Counted from the stretch's first letter, positions 1 through 13,924 are shown. The stretch is 64,000 nt of DNA from Octopus bimaculoides (GCF_001194135.2 NC_068981.1:116194830-116258829), one strand, 5' to 3'. The notes: generated from the letters alone by a model not told the origin. A program made the numbers and translations.

Positions 1-462
1 TATATATATATATATATACACACATATATATATACATATACATACAAACATATACATATATACACACATATCAATACACGGTCTTTTTTATACATAGCCT
101 GTTTACTTGCAAATGTTTACAGTTATTGTTGTTTGCTTTATTGCTTAGTTGGTTAGCACCACGTCCGCAATGATTGATCAGATTGATAGGCGAAGGCGTC
201 CGAAACACGTCAAACCAGTTCTTTGCTTTATTGTTTTTGTTTGAATACGGCTGCATTATTTGCATTTTTTTTTCAAAACAGTTACATAGGATATGAAAAA
301 CCTGTGATTGCTATATCTTGCAGGTAGGGTGATGTGTTGAGGCTCACTTGTTGGTTCGCAATTACTAGTATCAATATTGCATAATCGATTGTCGTGGGTC
401 ATTTCGCTTAATGATATAGATCACTTAATCGGAATTTAAGAGGTACGGGGATCGATTGTCTC

Positions 463-606
463 CGCCGAGATCGACTTTACCTTTTATTCTTTCGGGTCTA
501 TAAGATAAGTAAGTACCAGTTGAGTACTGGGTCGATATAATCGTCTTCCCACCACTACCTCCTCTCTCCACCAAAAAGGCTGGCCTTGTGTCAAAATTTG
601 AAATCG
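463..606 (+). mobile_element. SINE, 3' part (family with gtcgactttgcctttcatcc...aagtaccag...ctggggtcgat...aaatttgaaa body)
   Basis: Shares body motifs with copies at 2060-2330 (-), 3638-3770 (-), 35130-35250 (-) and 43706-43926 (+). Confidence 0.65.
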
Positions 607-1485
607 ATATTGTAAAATCAACAGATGTTTTGTTTGTTGGTATTGATCAGATGGATTTGAACAATATCCGCAGGAAATGGTTGGGTCAAAGACCCAAAGA
701 TGTACGCACATGTATGCATACACTCTCATACAAAATCAGTTACTAATATGCAGGTAAATACACACAAATACTTTCACAGTGGAGACGTGGATAATAGTAC
801 AATGAAAACAATGTAGACCTCATAAATGTATGAATGAGCGGATTCTACGTTCTTTCCTTTTTTATAGACTATGTGTGATTTGAAGAAAATTTAGTTATAT
901 TTTCAAGCAAGGCAATAAAAGTACTGGAAGCGTCTGACATACAAGTGTTGGATATAACAAGAACAATAATTGATTAGATCATGTTCATTATAAACTAAAG
1001 ATTATTCATTAAATCGGAGAGAAAAGTTAAATTTGGTTATATAGTTAGTCAACTAGAAACTGTCTGATGCGAAGTTATTTTTAAATAGATAAATTTGGAG
1101 GTAAAACTACATTTATTATCTGGTTAAATTGCTTTGCATCGGGGATTGTTGAACTAGATGCTGTTACCTGAAATTTCATTTTTGTAAAAGTGTTAAGTTC
1201 CTTTTTTATCCAACTAGTTCAGCACACAACATACTGTTTTTGAATACTGTTATGAGTGTACACAAAGTGCGACGTCATGAGTTCGAATGTTTGATGAAAT
1301 AAATACACATAGTAATGATGACATTTGTTCTAGTTAGATATCATGTTCAATCGACTTTACTTCAGCTTGTAACCGAAAGATAACAAGTGATTTTGAGACT
1401 AAGTGTAAATAATAGTTCTAGCTAAGTTTTTGTTTCACCATTCGTTTGATCCTTTGTTATTTCTAGTAATGATTTTTTGTTTCAG

Positions 1486-1727
1486 GATCAGTTCAGAATG
1501 TCGGACAGTCCAAAAGATCTTCGGGCAGATTCTTTGGAATCTCCTTCTCGCATGTGGCTATGCGCTAGTTGCGGCAAGCGTATAATGGACCGCTATTATA
1601 TGATGGTTGCTGAGCGCCAGTGGCATGCCTCTTGTCTTAAATGCTGTGAGTGCAAGTTGAGGCTCGATTCTTATTTAACATGCTTCGCCCGTAACGGCAA
1701 CCTCTACTGCAAGGAAGATTATTATAG
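1486..1727 (+). CDS. Lhx2/9: LIM-homeobox gene Lhx2/9 (apterous class), exon encoding LIM domain 1
   Basis: Acceptor ttttgtttcag ends at 1485; donor gtgagt starts at 1728 (phase 2). Translation CASCGKRIMDRYYMMVAERQWHASCLKCCECKLRLDSYLTCFARNGNLYCKEDYYR has all 8 LIM Zn ligands and matches the Lhx2/9 LIM1 signature (DRYY..., CLKCCECKL, YCKEDYYR). In-frame ATG at 1498; any upstream exon is not identified. Confidence 0.95.
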
Positions 1728-2059
1728 GTGAGTACTTATATGTCATCACTTTTATAATTATTTCCAAAACAAATTCTAATATTTTCGATATATTTTGTGA
1801 CAAATATTCATTCATCACCAAACAACAACTTCAACAATTATGCAAATACACAAATACTTCAATAAATAACATGCCAACAATTAATATTAATGTCGTATTT
1901 CGAACATAGTAATGGGGGCCAAATTTCATACAAATCACCTTCAACTGGCTAAAAAGAGGAGGGATACATTAGGTAAAATATTTCCGAAATTGTACGAGGC
2001 GTAAATACGAACAACATAAACATAATAGTAATTGTTCCTTATTTAGTCACAGGGGCTAG

Positions 2060-2330
2060 AAATTTTGAGAGGCAAGGTTTAGTCGATTATATTGATGATG
2101 TACTTGGGTAGCACTTTATTTTATCGATTTCGAAAGGCTGAAAAGCATTGTTGACCTCAGCTTGTCAATTACACGAACCCAGTGCTCAATTGACATTTAT
2201 TTTAAGGACCCGAAAGAATGAATGGCAATGTCTAGCTTCGAAGAATTTGTACTTGGAACGTAAAGCCGAAAGAAATGCCGCTAAGCCTTTCGTCCGCCGC
2301 AGTACCAATTCTGTCAGCTCATCGCCTTAA
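2060..2330 (-). mobile_element. tRNA-related SINE (plus a partial second copy), head abutting an (AAC)n/(AAT)n tract
   Basis: Minus strand starts aaggcgatgagctgacagaattg and continues into the same body as 463-606; microsatellite at about 2329-2392. Confidence 0.6.
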
Positions 2331-2331
2331 T

Positions 2332-2376
<45 letters not shown>

Positions 2377-3217
2377 AATAATAATAATAAAAATGACTTC
2401 CAGTTTTCCTCTTCCATTCACTGGTGTACATACTTCACATTTTTCGATTAGGCACAGTGATGTTATTCCACCGACGCTATGCTCTAGCCTTTAACACACT
2501 GCATTTTCTCTAGAATGATTTCCCCTACCGTTGCCCTGTTACTACGGTGGAGAAAGCTCATACGGTGATATGATGCACCAACAATATGCTAAAGGTTAAC
2601 CAAGTAAGCTCAGAAATTTTTGGTTTTGCGACTTCCAATTTTCCTCTATCATTCAGCTACAAAATTCATCATTCCTACCCGCACACGTCTGTATTTATTT
2701 ATTTAGTTATGGGTGTACGTAGATCAAAACAAGTTCTCTCTCATCTCTCTCTTTCCCTCACCTCTTTCTCATCCTCACTGACCACTGGTGTAGTTTTCTA
2801 TTAATCACAATGATGTTATTTCTCAGAGTCTATACTTTAATCAAGTAAGCTCATAAATATTTAGTTATCTGACTTCCGATTTTCCTCACTCGATGAACTC
2901 AATTTTTACTCGCAGCCGATGCAACCAACCCTCCCGCTTCTCCACAATTCATGGTATCCTCTCTCATAGTGAAGCACACATACCCTCGTACTATCTTTCT
3001 CTCACCATTTTCTGCACCACCCTTTCCCTTTTTATCTTCTTTCTCTTTTGTTACTTCTTTTCAATGCATGTATCCGCATATCTTATTTACTCAGGTACGT
3101 AACACTCGTCTCTACATACCATTCCAATTGAGGTCGTGAAATGGAATTACAAATGCCAGGTCGTCTGTACCTAAACCGGCAACCCCACAGAGTTTGCGCA
3201 GTGACAAGGGTGTTTTT

Positions 3218-3557
3218 GCAGAAGTAGTGGGGAAGCCTCATAGCCATGTGTTGAGAGGAATTATTTGGGTTTTGGATAATTCACCTCCGGAAACATGGAT
3301 GTTTTGTTTACCATCCTTAAACAACCCTTATTCAGAGACCTTTTGAACTGGATAGGTTACTCGACCTGAAAAAATTCTCGCTGGGTCCCACCTGCATGGC
3401 CATGCGTGCTGTATCTCTTGATGTGAGATCACCATGTCGTGCATATATGGTTGTGATGCATGTGCCTGGTGTACCCTTATCAAACGGGTAATCATAATGG
3501 GCATACTGGGCTTTGTATATCTTACCCCAGTGTCACTTTAATGGCATGCACTATTCT
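3218..3557 (+). repeat. 5'-truncated copy of an unclassified ~550-bp interspersed repeat (family X)
   Basis: Collinear with 40745-41090 (e.g. tcatagccatgtgttgagaggaatta, tactcgacctgaa, gtgtcactttaatggcatgcact). Confidence 0.8.
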
Positions 3558-3637
3558 CCTGATAGTTAACTGCAGACACCGTAGTACATCTTCAGCGTTA
3601 GAAACTGTGCAAAGACAATAAAACAATAATAATAATG

Positions 3638-3770
3638 GTTTCAAATGTTGCTATAAGAGCAGCAATTTTGGGGGCAGGGGATGAGTCGATTACATCGACC
3701 CCAGTGTTCAACNNNNNNNNNNGATGAGTCGATTACATCGACCCCAGTGTTCAACTAGTACTTATTTTAT
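3638..3770 (-). mobile_element. SINE 3' part spanning a 10-N gap
   Basis: gtcgattacatcgaccccagtg...tagtacttattttatc is the reverse complement of the SINE body at 463-606. Confidence 0.65.
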
Positions 3771-3789
3771 CTACAGAACAACAAAAAAA

Positions 3790-6410
3790 AAAAGACAGAA
3801 AATGTTTTCATGGGAATAAATCTAGCACAGATGTAAGAGGATCCCTTCAGCCCCGGTTGTCTCGATAAAACAACTAGTAGTTGTGACACCTCAATACAAC
3901 AGCCTTCTGTAGGAGGGTAATGGCAAATAAAATTCGTCACATCTGCTTTTATGAAACCTGGAACCCGAATGAAGGTCTTCTCACAGTAAATATTCCACTA
4001 ATCAAAGATTAGGAGAAAATGAACTCTAAACGACAATAGAACTGTAATGGAATACGATTACAGAAGCAAGCTTCTTAAAATGGGATACCTGAAAAGAATG
4101 CATAAAATTTGAACAGAGGAAGACGTATTCCCTCTCACGGAGCAAAGACTTCCGCATCAAACAATTTTAATCGTGAAAAGCAGTGGTTATTCTAGTTGCA
4201 ACAAGAGAAGATCTAGTGAACAAGTGTGAACGTGACTACTCTAAACACGAAGAACAAAAAGCAGAACAAGAACAAGGATTAGCACAGAAACTAATAAAAT
4301 CTCATAAAAGAAACAGTTGCTCGGATGAAGGTAAATTATACACTGAGGAGAGAAAGACAGTTACAGAGGAAGAAAAAATCTCCCTACTCTACCTGAATGA
4401 GGCTCGAAATAGCGAAAGTAAGAGCCTTAAGAGAAATCGAAAGACAAAAACTATATAAACAAGCGGAAAAGATGGATGAACTGTTAGTGAAAATCTACAA
4501 CGAAAACGTAAGAGATATAAATGACCTTATCTTCTACACAGCCTCTGTCCCGTGTAAACTATTCGAGTTAAAATGAAATTTAAACAAAGGACAAAGCCAC
4601 AAGGCGAGAACGACAGCTTGATAACCAGATAATGCAACAACCATAGGAAAGAAGAGTAAAAGTAGAGTTTTTAAACAATCAGATAACAACTGAGAACAAA
4701 TCAGTACCAGTAGAACGGACTCTTCAACCACAAGAAAATTTTATAAACAACCGAACGATGAAGAGGAGCATGTGGGAAATGATACGCCAGATACTGAAGC
4801 CGCAAGGAAATTCTGGGTAGAAATCTGGAGCAAAGAAGTCCAACATAATATAAAAACAGAGTGGTGGCGAGAATTTAAAAGAGAAATAGAAGCTGGAGTG
4901 ACACAAGGAAAAATAAGAATTATGGATAAGAAAGTCAAAGCGGTGATCAAGAAAAGACCAAACTGAAAAGCCCCCAGACCAGATGGTGTCAAGGGCTTCT
5001 GGTTCAAGAATTTCCCTTGTCTACCCAGTTATATACGACTACTAGTTTACTGACTCCATAGAAAATAGAATACCAACATGGATGACTAAAGGAAGGGTAG
5101 TACTGACACAGAAGGTCCAAGAATAAAGTGGGGAAGTCAGCAACTATAAACCTTTTACTTGCTTACCATTTCCTTGAAAACTATTAACTGACCTCATAGC
5201 AGATGAAGAACATAATTTTTTGGGAAAGGAGAATCTGTTGTCAGAGAAAAAAAAGTATTAGAAGAAATCAAGCGGAAGTAATGATCTGCTATTTACAGAT
5301 AGAATATGAAATGAGGTACTAGTAAGTAGGAAGAATTTGGCTGTTGGAAGGCCTACAACATAGTCCCACACAACTGGCTCTTGGTGTGTATAAGGAAGCT
5401 TGGAGTGAATGAGAAAATAAATAACTTTTTGGAGAAAGCAATATGAGAAGATCTGATATGTGCAAATGAATCATTAGGCAACGTGAAAATACTGAGGGGC
5501 ATTTTCCAGGGAGACTCGCTCTCTCCATTATTCTTCGACGTTGTACTAAAAAGTCTGACAAGTATACTGAGAAGATTGAGACCTGCTATGAGTTTACATA
5601 ATTCTAGATGAGAATAAATTATCTACTTTATGTTGATGACATCAATCTGTATACAAAAAATGAGACAGACCAATATTCTTTGATACAGTCAGTGAGAGTA
5701 AAGATATTAAAATGAGGGTAAGCGCGCAGTACTGATCATGAAGAGAGGCTGGAACTTAAACTCTGATGTCATAAAGTTAGCACAAGACAAAATCATTAGA
5801 CCACTGTGGAATAATGAGGGTTACAAATATCTAGTTGTGCTGTGAAGCGATAGTATAATGGGAAGAGAAATGAGAAAGAAAGTTACTACACTAAAGAGTA
5901 CTAGAGAAGAATTGGGAAGAATTAGGAAGGCGTTCGAAAGAAAATTAATCGGAAAGAACATCATTTAAGTCATAAATATATAGCCTATGGGAGTACGGAG
6001 ATACTCTGCTCATTTTCTGAAATGGTCAGAAGTCGAACTACAGAATTTTAATAGAACTGGAAGATTGCTCACAATGCACAACGCACTCCACCCAAATATC
6101 AATATGGCCTGACTCTATCTACTAAGAAAGGAAGGAAGAAGAGGATTATTAAACGTAGAAAACATTGTTAATACTGCAATACTTGGTGGCTGAAAGAGTA
6201 GGAGAATTCAAAAAGAGGTGGAAGAACAACATAACAAACAAATGCAAAAGAAATGGAAGTACACGGCCTATTCATGCAACAAACCGAGAATGTTGGAAGT
6301 AAACATCTCTGGCTCTGGTTGACGGAAGGGAACTTGAAACGAGAGAACGAAATGCTACTTATAGCCGGACAGGAACAAACTGTTAGAACAAATCTGATAA
6401 AGGCAAAAAT
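3790..6410 (+). mobile_element. Decayed R4/Dong-clade non-LTR retrotransposon (N-terminal domain + RT), 3'-truncated before the zinc knuckle
   Basis: Frameshifted motifs: NRTVMEYDYRSK..GYLKRMHKI..EQRL (about 4030-4150), FWVEIWS, KAPRPDGVKGFWFK, RGIFQGDSLSPLFF (about 5495-5535), LYVDD (YVDD 5629-5640), LKRENEMLLIAGQEQTVRTN. Many stops. Confidence 0.85.
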
Positions 6411-6980
6411 GTGTTGCATGTTCTCAGTGACATTCAGTTAATGTTGTTGATGATGTGGCGAATTTTGTGAGCGGTGTTGCTATGGTTCTTGCTGCTATTA
6501 CTTTCATTGTTGTGCTGCTGCTTTTGTTGCAGTAGATGCTGCTTCCAGTCACATAACTAGTGCTGCAATCATTGTTGCCACGGTTTCATGCTATTGTTTG
6601 AGATGGTGTTGGTCTTTGTATTTTGGTTGCTTCTGTTGTTGCAGGTGCTTAAGTTGTGGTGTTGGCAGTACAGAAGGACTCCTTTCGAATGTCTTTGCGC
6701 TGATCTGTTGTAGCATTGAGGCCTCCTTACTTCCGTTATTACCGGCTCTACGTGGATTTCTATTAGGGCGGAGATTTTGTCAAGTTACAGATTTTATCAG
6801 AATCAAAACCTCCAGCATCATCCCAACACAATTTACTTTTCAGAATCTTTTTATTTCAAGTACCGTGATAAGGTCTTCTAATCCACACATTTCACCACCC
6901 ACTTAACAGCGTACATGTATATGTGAGTGTGTGTGTGTGTGTGTGTGTGTGCGTGTGTGTGTGTATGTGTGTGTGAGTGT

Positions 6981-7019
<39 letters not shown>

Positions 7020-7944
7020 TGTGTGTGTGTTACGTATTTATGCACATATATACGTATGCATACAAAATTCTATTCAAAATAAGTCAGTTTCTTAAAACCA
7101 TTTTTTCCCTTTATAATGTATTAATTCCGAAGATTTATTTACTCGATATTCTCATCACATCTATTTCGGATACTGCAATAGCTACTAACTGAAGATGATT
7201 TTCGCAAACGTATAGAATAACGGTGTAACTAATAAAAAAACAAAAAAGAAACTTATATTCATGACCTACCCTTGTGTCGCGTTGTGTGTGGAAGTGAAGC
7301 TTTAAACGACCTCATTTTGCGAATCAATTTTATTCCACCTTCTCCTTGATGAACGTCTTATAACGAACAGCTAGTTCCCTTCCTCTATAAATCTGATACT
7401 TTCCTCTACACTATGCATAACAAACTAGTGTATCTGTGAACAAAGGTGTTAGTTTGTTGAAGACTAACGAGGGTCTGAAACTATGTGGAAAAAAATATTT
7501 ATTTTCTATAGAGAGATTTCGAAGTAGAGATTACTTTGCTGCTATTCTGACGTGGCCACGTGATAGTTAACAATTTTGGCACGACATAAAACTCTACTAA
7601 TTTCTACATCCCCCATAAAACTCTCATAATTTAAAAAGTTACTACATCACTGTTAAATGACTATTAATAACATTACAGCATTTATCTTATTTGGAATACC
7701 ATCACATATTTAACGTAACTGCCGCATCTATAATGAATCCGTCCATCATCTATGACACTCAATTACCTCCTGAGTCATAAAATTGTCAGATTCCTGATAT
7801 TTTACTCAAATCCTCTTCATAAAATGTCGACATTTGTTGTAAAATTATGCACTAAAGTTATCCTCTTTTTCACCGAGGAAGAAGTTAATTCAGTTCTCAG
7901 AAATTAAGATCTGGTTTCTTTTCTTTTACATTAATTTTGCATAT

Positions 7945-8041
7945 TGATGATGATGATGATGATCCTGCTGCTGCTGCTGATGATGATGATGATAATGATA
8001 ATGATGGTGGTGATGATAACAACAACAACAACAACAACAAT
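7945..8041. repeat. Compound (GAT)n/(GCT)n/(AAC)n microsatellite
   Basis: Directly visible trinucleotide runs. Confidence 0.95.
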
Positions 8042-9455
8042 ACTATTAATAAGCCTTGGGTATAACATGAAACTACATCCGGTTTTGGCGTCACAACATG
8101 TGAAGAACAAGGTTACCCGTAACCACAATTACCACCAGCTCACCGTTGGGCAAAGTGCAGCACCTGTAAGTCCAACCAGTGACCTAGAAATACCAGTTGG
8201 CGTCTAGGTTGGTTAAGCCTATCTCATAGGTGGAGGGGGTTCCTTTAGCCTTGATAGGTAACCCCTCTAGAGAAGGTGCCTCAATAAAATCACAGATGAT
8301 TGTGTCACCGCTACACCAACATTCCTATGATGAAAATGTCAAATACAAAGATATAAAACAACGGAGTGAACGAGACAGGCACTAAAAACAGTGTATACCA
8401 GGTTAGGTGTGGACTCTCGGACCCTTCGCTAGCAACCCCACTAGTGATGGCGCCACGATAACAATACTGGTTATTGCACAACCTTACAAGTGCTACCTCT
8501 AAATGAGTGATGTCAAAATTAAATAATAACCAGAACTGTGCTAACGGGGCTGCAGCTTTTTAACAGTGAAGGTGTCGCACATGGCAGGTAGAGAGTATCT
8601 GATTAAGTTCTGGCAGATTGTCATCAAGCTATTTATTGATCTGGACTAAAATCATAGTCAAAAGTACAAAAGAAAAAGAATGATATGGGGAAAAGATGTA
8701 AACAAAATAGTAATACAATGCTGACTAAGAAGTGAGCGAAATAAAAAAGGTTTCGTGAATCAAATGAAAATAATATGGGACGGAAAAGGAGGTTTTAAAG
8801 CATCCGGCCAGTGACTGATAGACCAAGCAAGAGAAGTTCATAGAAACGATTGGATTACGGCAGTAGAGATTGAAGAAATTCAGGGAAAGATTTTTAAAAA
8901 AGCAGAAGGAGAGTGAAACAGCAGTAGGAGAAATCGGTAATGAAGGGGTAAGGGATGAAGAACATGGAAAAAGTGGAAATTGCAGAGTATCAGATAAAGT
9001 AAATAATGAAGATGTTCTAGATGGACAAGTAACAGTAAGTACTGCACAGGACTTGAATAATAAAGAAATTGAGATTTTTGAAATGTTGCAAGGTAAAATG
9101 TCTGAAGGGTACAATGAAGTATTATCAAATGGACAGAAAACAAAAAGCGTGGAGAGTAACAGGCAAATTAAATGAAGTTTTAAGCTTGATTAAAACAGAA
9201 AACATCAGTGAAACAAGCCAGATAATCATAGCTGCTGCTAATGTCGTAGCTAACATAGTAGGCTACACGCGAAAAACTGAAGATATAAAAGGAAATGAAA
9301 AGAAAGAACCAAACTAGTGGAAGAGAATACGAATGAAGCTGAAAAAGACACGAAAAGAACTATGATAATTGAATAGGATAATGAGAAGGCTCAAAAATAA
9401 GATAGTAATCAGAAAATTGAATGGAGAGTACAGGTTAGAAGAAGGGGTGAAACGA
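8042..9455 (+). mobile_element. 5' portion (putative 5' UTR + N-terminal domain) of a second R4/Dong-clade element
   Basis: KRKRMIWGKDVNKIVIQC.LRSERNKKGFVNQMKIIW...LIDQAREVHRNDWITAVEIEEI (about 8670-8885), then LIKTENISETSQIIIAAANVVA; same domain order as 3790-6410; starts at a trinucleotide tract; no RT present. Confidence 0.7.
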
Positions 9456-9654
9456 AACAGCGCATAAAGAATTGACACAAAAGGTGGCAACATTAAAGGC
9501 CCAAATTCAAAATATATAATGTTAGATGCATAGGTTTCAAACAGAATACACAGTTCCAATCAAATAGAAAGCGTCTTTTTGAGGTAGGTTAACACCAGGA
9601 CCTGATTCCAGTTGCAGAAGAAAGTAAAGAATTTGGGGGGGGGGAAGAGAATAT

Positions 9655-9820
9655 TGTGGTGAAAGAGTACAGCATAGTTCGCCACTATCCCCTGCTGGAG
9701 CCTCGTGAAGCTTTAGGTGTTTTCGCTCAATAAACACTCACAACACCCGGTCTGGGAATCGAAACTGCGATCCTATGACGCGAGTCCGCTGCCCTAACCA
9801 CTGGGCCATTGCGCCTCCAC
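9655..9820 (-). mobile_element. tRNA-derived SINE head and partial body
   Basis: Minus strand GTGGAGGCGCAATGGCCCAGTGGTTAGGG...GTTTCGATTCC with Pol III A box (9798-9808) and B box (9755-9765); abuts (TAG)n at 9821-9906. Confidence 0.8.
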
Positions 9821-9854
<34 letters not shown>

Positions 9855-9861
9855 GTAGTAA

Positions 9862-9906
<45 letters not shown>

Positions 9907-11547
9907 AAAGGGCAATAACAACATTAACTATAACCATAAGTGAAATAGATTCCTGATTTGGATTTTTATAATTCTGAGTCAGCGCAACGTTTTTTTTTTT
10001 TTTTGTCTAATATTTATATTGAAAAATACAGATGCATTGAAGTTCATACTTTTTCTCCAAAATTATACACGGGAAATGGGAAACAGAATATATTGTAAGG
10101 AATCCCGATCGGAATTAAGCATGAAATAACATCCTGGTACCATTTCACCAATAATTCATCTAATTCCAATTTAATTCAGGTTGAAAAATATATTATTTCG
10201 TGCAATAATTCCATTATAGAAAATTAGCCTACAAATCGACTACATATATATATCAACATAGATCTCTTGCCACCTTCATGTTTAACTTGGGGTTAAACAA
10301 GAGTAACTAAATAATTTATATCTTCTTCAGTTGATCTTGCATTTCATCGAACGAATTTCTTTTGTATTATTTTTCCTTACACATTACATGAGATCCAATA
10401 ACGAAATTTAGTGCTGCGCAATTCACTGCGTCGATGGAACCTCACTGAAGCTTTCGCATGTATATCATTTTCCCAATTCCATCTAATGTAACGGGCATGC
10501 TCTGCCTTTACACTGTACACACTTTAGTTGAACTTAATATGGCAAGCTGTAAATTATTCTTAACTTTTAGTTTTTATACTGGTCAAGTTTGTCATCGTGG
10601 CAGCTGGTTATATGAATCCATTCCACCAATATGTTAATAGTTACTGAAGGTTGTCTAGATGCGAACTATTAAAGAAACTGATAGATTCTTGATAAGTACA
10701 CTGAAGCTGAGTCGATAATATTTGGGACTTACAGGTGGATGGGCGTTTGCTTTCCTTTACCAGTAGACTCCTGACTACTTTACTGGAAAATTGCTTGCTC
10801 TCTTTAATCTTTATGATGTGCAGGCGCAAGTCACTGCTATTACTAATGAGTCTTTAATTCATAAATGATTCATAACGTTGCGGAGAGGGCTTCAAATCCC
10901 TCTCTGGGATTATGCCATAATAGAAATGATAAAAGCGTAGTTGCGTTTCAATTAATTTTATTACATCCCTGCCAAAGCACTCTAGATATAAATGAAATGA
11001 ACATTTACTGTCAGTATTTCATTCTTCTACTGCAACCGTAGGTTGATCAGAAGTAATTCCTAGATGCTCATACCTTTCACATACAATATATATCAATAAG
11101 AATACTGAATCGTACTGATTATAAAGCCGTTTGTTAGCAAAGAGAATCCAAATGGATGAAAGGTAAAGAATATCTAGGCGGGAAATGCAGAAATAAAGAA
11201 CAGCTTGGCATCAATTGCTTCATTTTCGTTGGATGTCACTGGGAACCGAATACGATTGTTCATTGAATTGGAAGTATGCGCGTGATTTCATTGAAAGCAC
11301 AGACACTGCTTCACAGACAAGTAACAATTCCAGCACTTTTAGATCTACGCCAACACGACTGAGACACAGTTACACTTCAGAGATACCCACGAACTAATGA
11401 CACCAGGATTTTACGCAGTTATTAACAAGTGAACAACATCAATACACACAGATACATACGTACATATATATATGTGTGTGTGTATGCATTTACAACTTTA
11501 TGTATATATGTATACATATACATCTGTGTGCATGTATGCATATTTAA

Positions 11548-11628
<81 letters not shown>

Positions 11629-11638
11629 NNNNNNNNNN

Positions 11639-11674
<36 letters not shown>

Positions 11675-12235
11675 ACAATATTAAATATGTGTATATATAT
11701 ATATATATATACATGTATATATATGTATTAATTTATGTATATGTACATATATGTGTATATATGGTCGTAGTGTGTGCATGTATATCCTTTGACTGCATTC
11801 TCTACACTTTGAGCAATACGATTAGTGACTGCCTTCATTAAATGAAAACAATCTTTATTTAGAAACAACAACTAATATATTTATCTGAAATGTCTTTATT
11901 GCTTCTGTCTTTAGGATTTCACTGACAATTCATACATGAAAAAATGAAATGTCTGAGTGATATGTCAGTGAGTATGCATAAATGTGAAAATAAACTGTAG
12001 AAGGAGAAAACATATAGGAGGGAAGAGAGAAGTTCGTGTGCCAAACAGCTAAATGTGATAGGTGACAGCGATATAAAACTTTTTACAATAAAAAATTGAG
12101 AGGGAAGTAGAGAGAAGGAGGGAAAGAGAGAGAAGGAGGGAAGAGAGAGAAGGAGGGAAGAGAGAGAAAGACGGAAAGCGTAGGAGATGGTGATAAAGCG
12201 AGAGAGGAAAAGAGTGACTGAGAGAGAAAGAGAAA

Positions 12236-12303
<68 letters not shown>

Positions 12304-12509
12304 GAGAGAGAAAAACAGAGAAGATTAATGAGGTTGCAGTATGAAATATTATATCACACCAAAAGCGTTAAAGAAAGAAAATAGCATTTGACGAACGGTC
12401 AAATACACATTTTTTTTCTTATTTTCTTGATCTCATTTGTACGTTTTCTAAGCCGTCATGGCTGCAACTTCGTTTTCCTATTATTTATCTTTCCTCTTAT
12501 CTTTTCTTA

Positions 12510-12690
12510 CACTTGTTTCACTCAGTAGACTGTAGCTAATGGGGTGGGGGTCGAAGAAATTAACCCCAGGACTTATTGTTTTAAACCTTGAACTTATTTT
12601 GCTGGCTCTTCTGCTAGACTGCTAGGTTACCGGGACATAAAAACACCAAAACTGGTTGTGAAGCGGTGGGTAGGTGACAGACAGACACAA
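12510..12690 (-). mobile_element. 3' half of the microsatellite-containing SINE family
   Basis: Similar to 45575-45770 (gtttcagtca...gtcgaagaaat..ccccaggacttatt...ggttgt). Confidence 0.55.
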
Positions 12691-13406
12691 GGACATGCGC
12701 ACACGCATACATACACAGACACACGCACATGTGGTGTTTATTTTTATCCTGTTAGTTCATCTACATCCAGATTTCATCCTGGTTTAAAATGTAGCCATGC
12801 GAACAGAAGTATGGTGGTTTAGACAGTCTTATAGTTTTCGTAAGGGATAATTAGTGTTGAGTACAAAAATTATGAGAGGTAGTGTTTCCTTGAAGGATAG
12901 AGGAAAGGTTGGTGTATTGGGTCTCTATCTGACAAAAACACTACATTTGTTATAATGTAGGAAATACACGTCGAAGCAAAAACTTACATAATAAAGAATA
13001 ACGAATGCAATTTATGCCTGGAAGAAAAATACCATTTTTTCCCATCTAAATACCAATTATTGATAATAAACAAGAATTAGCCCTGAAATGTGGACATGAA
13101 AACAGAACAAAAAAACATTCAAATATTTCCTTATAAGGCTTTTAATAAATAAAGTGTCATGTAGGTCAGCGACACTAACAGATTTGACGGACAATATTTG
13201 TATAATAAATGGTTTGCCATTATATTCTGTTTGCTTTTATATTGTGTTAGTGACTTATACTCTCACCCAAATTATCTTTGATTAATTTTCTTACCTTAAG
13301 TCCTAGATGTCTTAGTTTTCGTCATTCTTTACCGATTTCCTAAGTGATGTATATATTAATTTGCTCTGGAGTTCTCCAACGAATAATTAATCTTCGTGTG
13401 TAGCAC

Positions 13407-13447
<41 letters not shown>

Positions 13448-13874
13448 NNNNNNNNNNNNNNNNNNNNNNNNNNNNNNNNNNNNNNNNNNNNNNNNNNNNN
13501 NNNNNNNNNNNNNNNNNNNNNNNNNNNNNNNNNNNNNNNNNNNNNNNNNNNNNNNNNNNNNNNNNNNNNNNNNNNNNNNNNNNNNNNNNNNNNNNNNNNN
13601 NNNNNNNNNNNNNNNNNNNNNNNNNNNNNNNNNNNNNNNNNNNNNNNNNNNNNNNNNNNNNNNNNNNNNNNNNNNNNNNNNNNNNNNNNNNNNNNNNNNN
13701 NNNNNNNNNNNNNNNNNNNNNNNNNNNNNNNNNNNNNNNNNNNNNNNNNNNNNNNNNNNNNNNNNNNNNNNNNNNNNNNNNNNNNNNNNNNNNNNNNNNN
13801 NNNNNNNNNNNNNNNNNNNNNNNNNNNNNNNNNNNNNNNNNNNNNNNNNNNNNNNNNNNNNNNNNNNNNNNNNN

Positions 13875-13924
<50 letters not shown>

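Noticed and set aside
183-212. Hammerhead-like ttgataggcgaaggcgtccgaaacacgtc
   Set aside because: The core lacks C3 and G8, and no adjacent helix I pairing was found. At best a very decayed relic.
3680-3755. 33-bp direct repeat on either side of a 10-N gap
   Set aside because: Typical unmerged contig overlap within a SINE, not a biological duplication.
6445-6906. 102-aa Cys-rich ORF and AAC-rich minus-strand tract
   Set aside because: Low-complexity degenerate trinucleotide sequence with no recognisable domain.
9740-9820. Possible tRNA gene on the minus strand
   Set aside because: A and B boxes are present but the acceptor stem does not close, and it continues into a SINE body.
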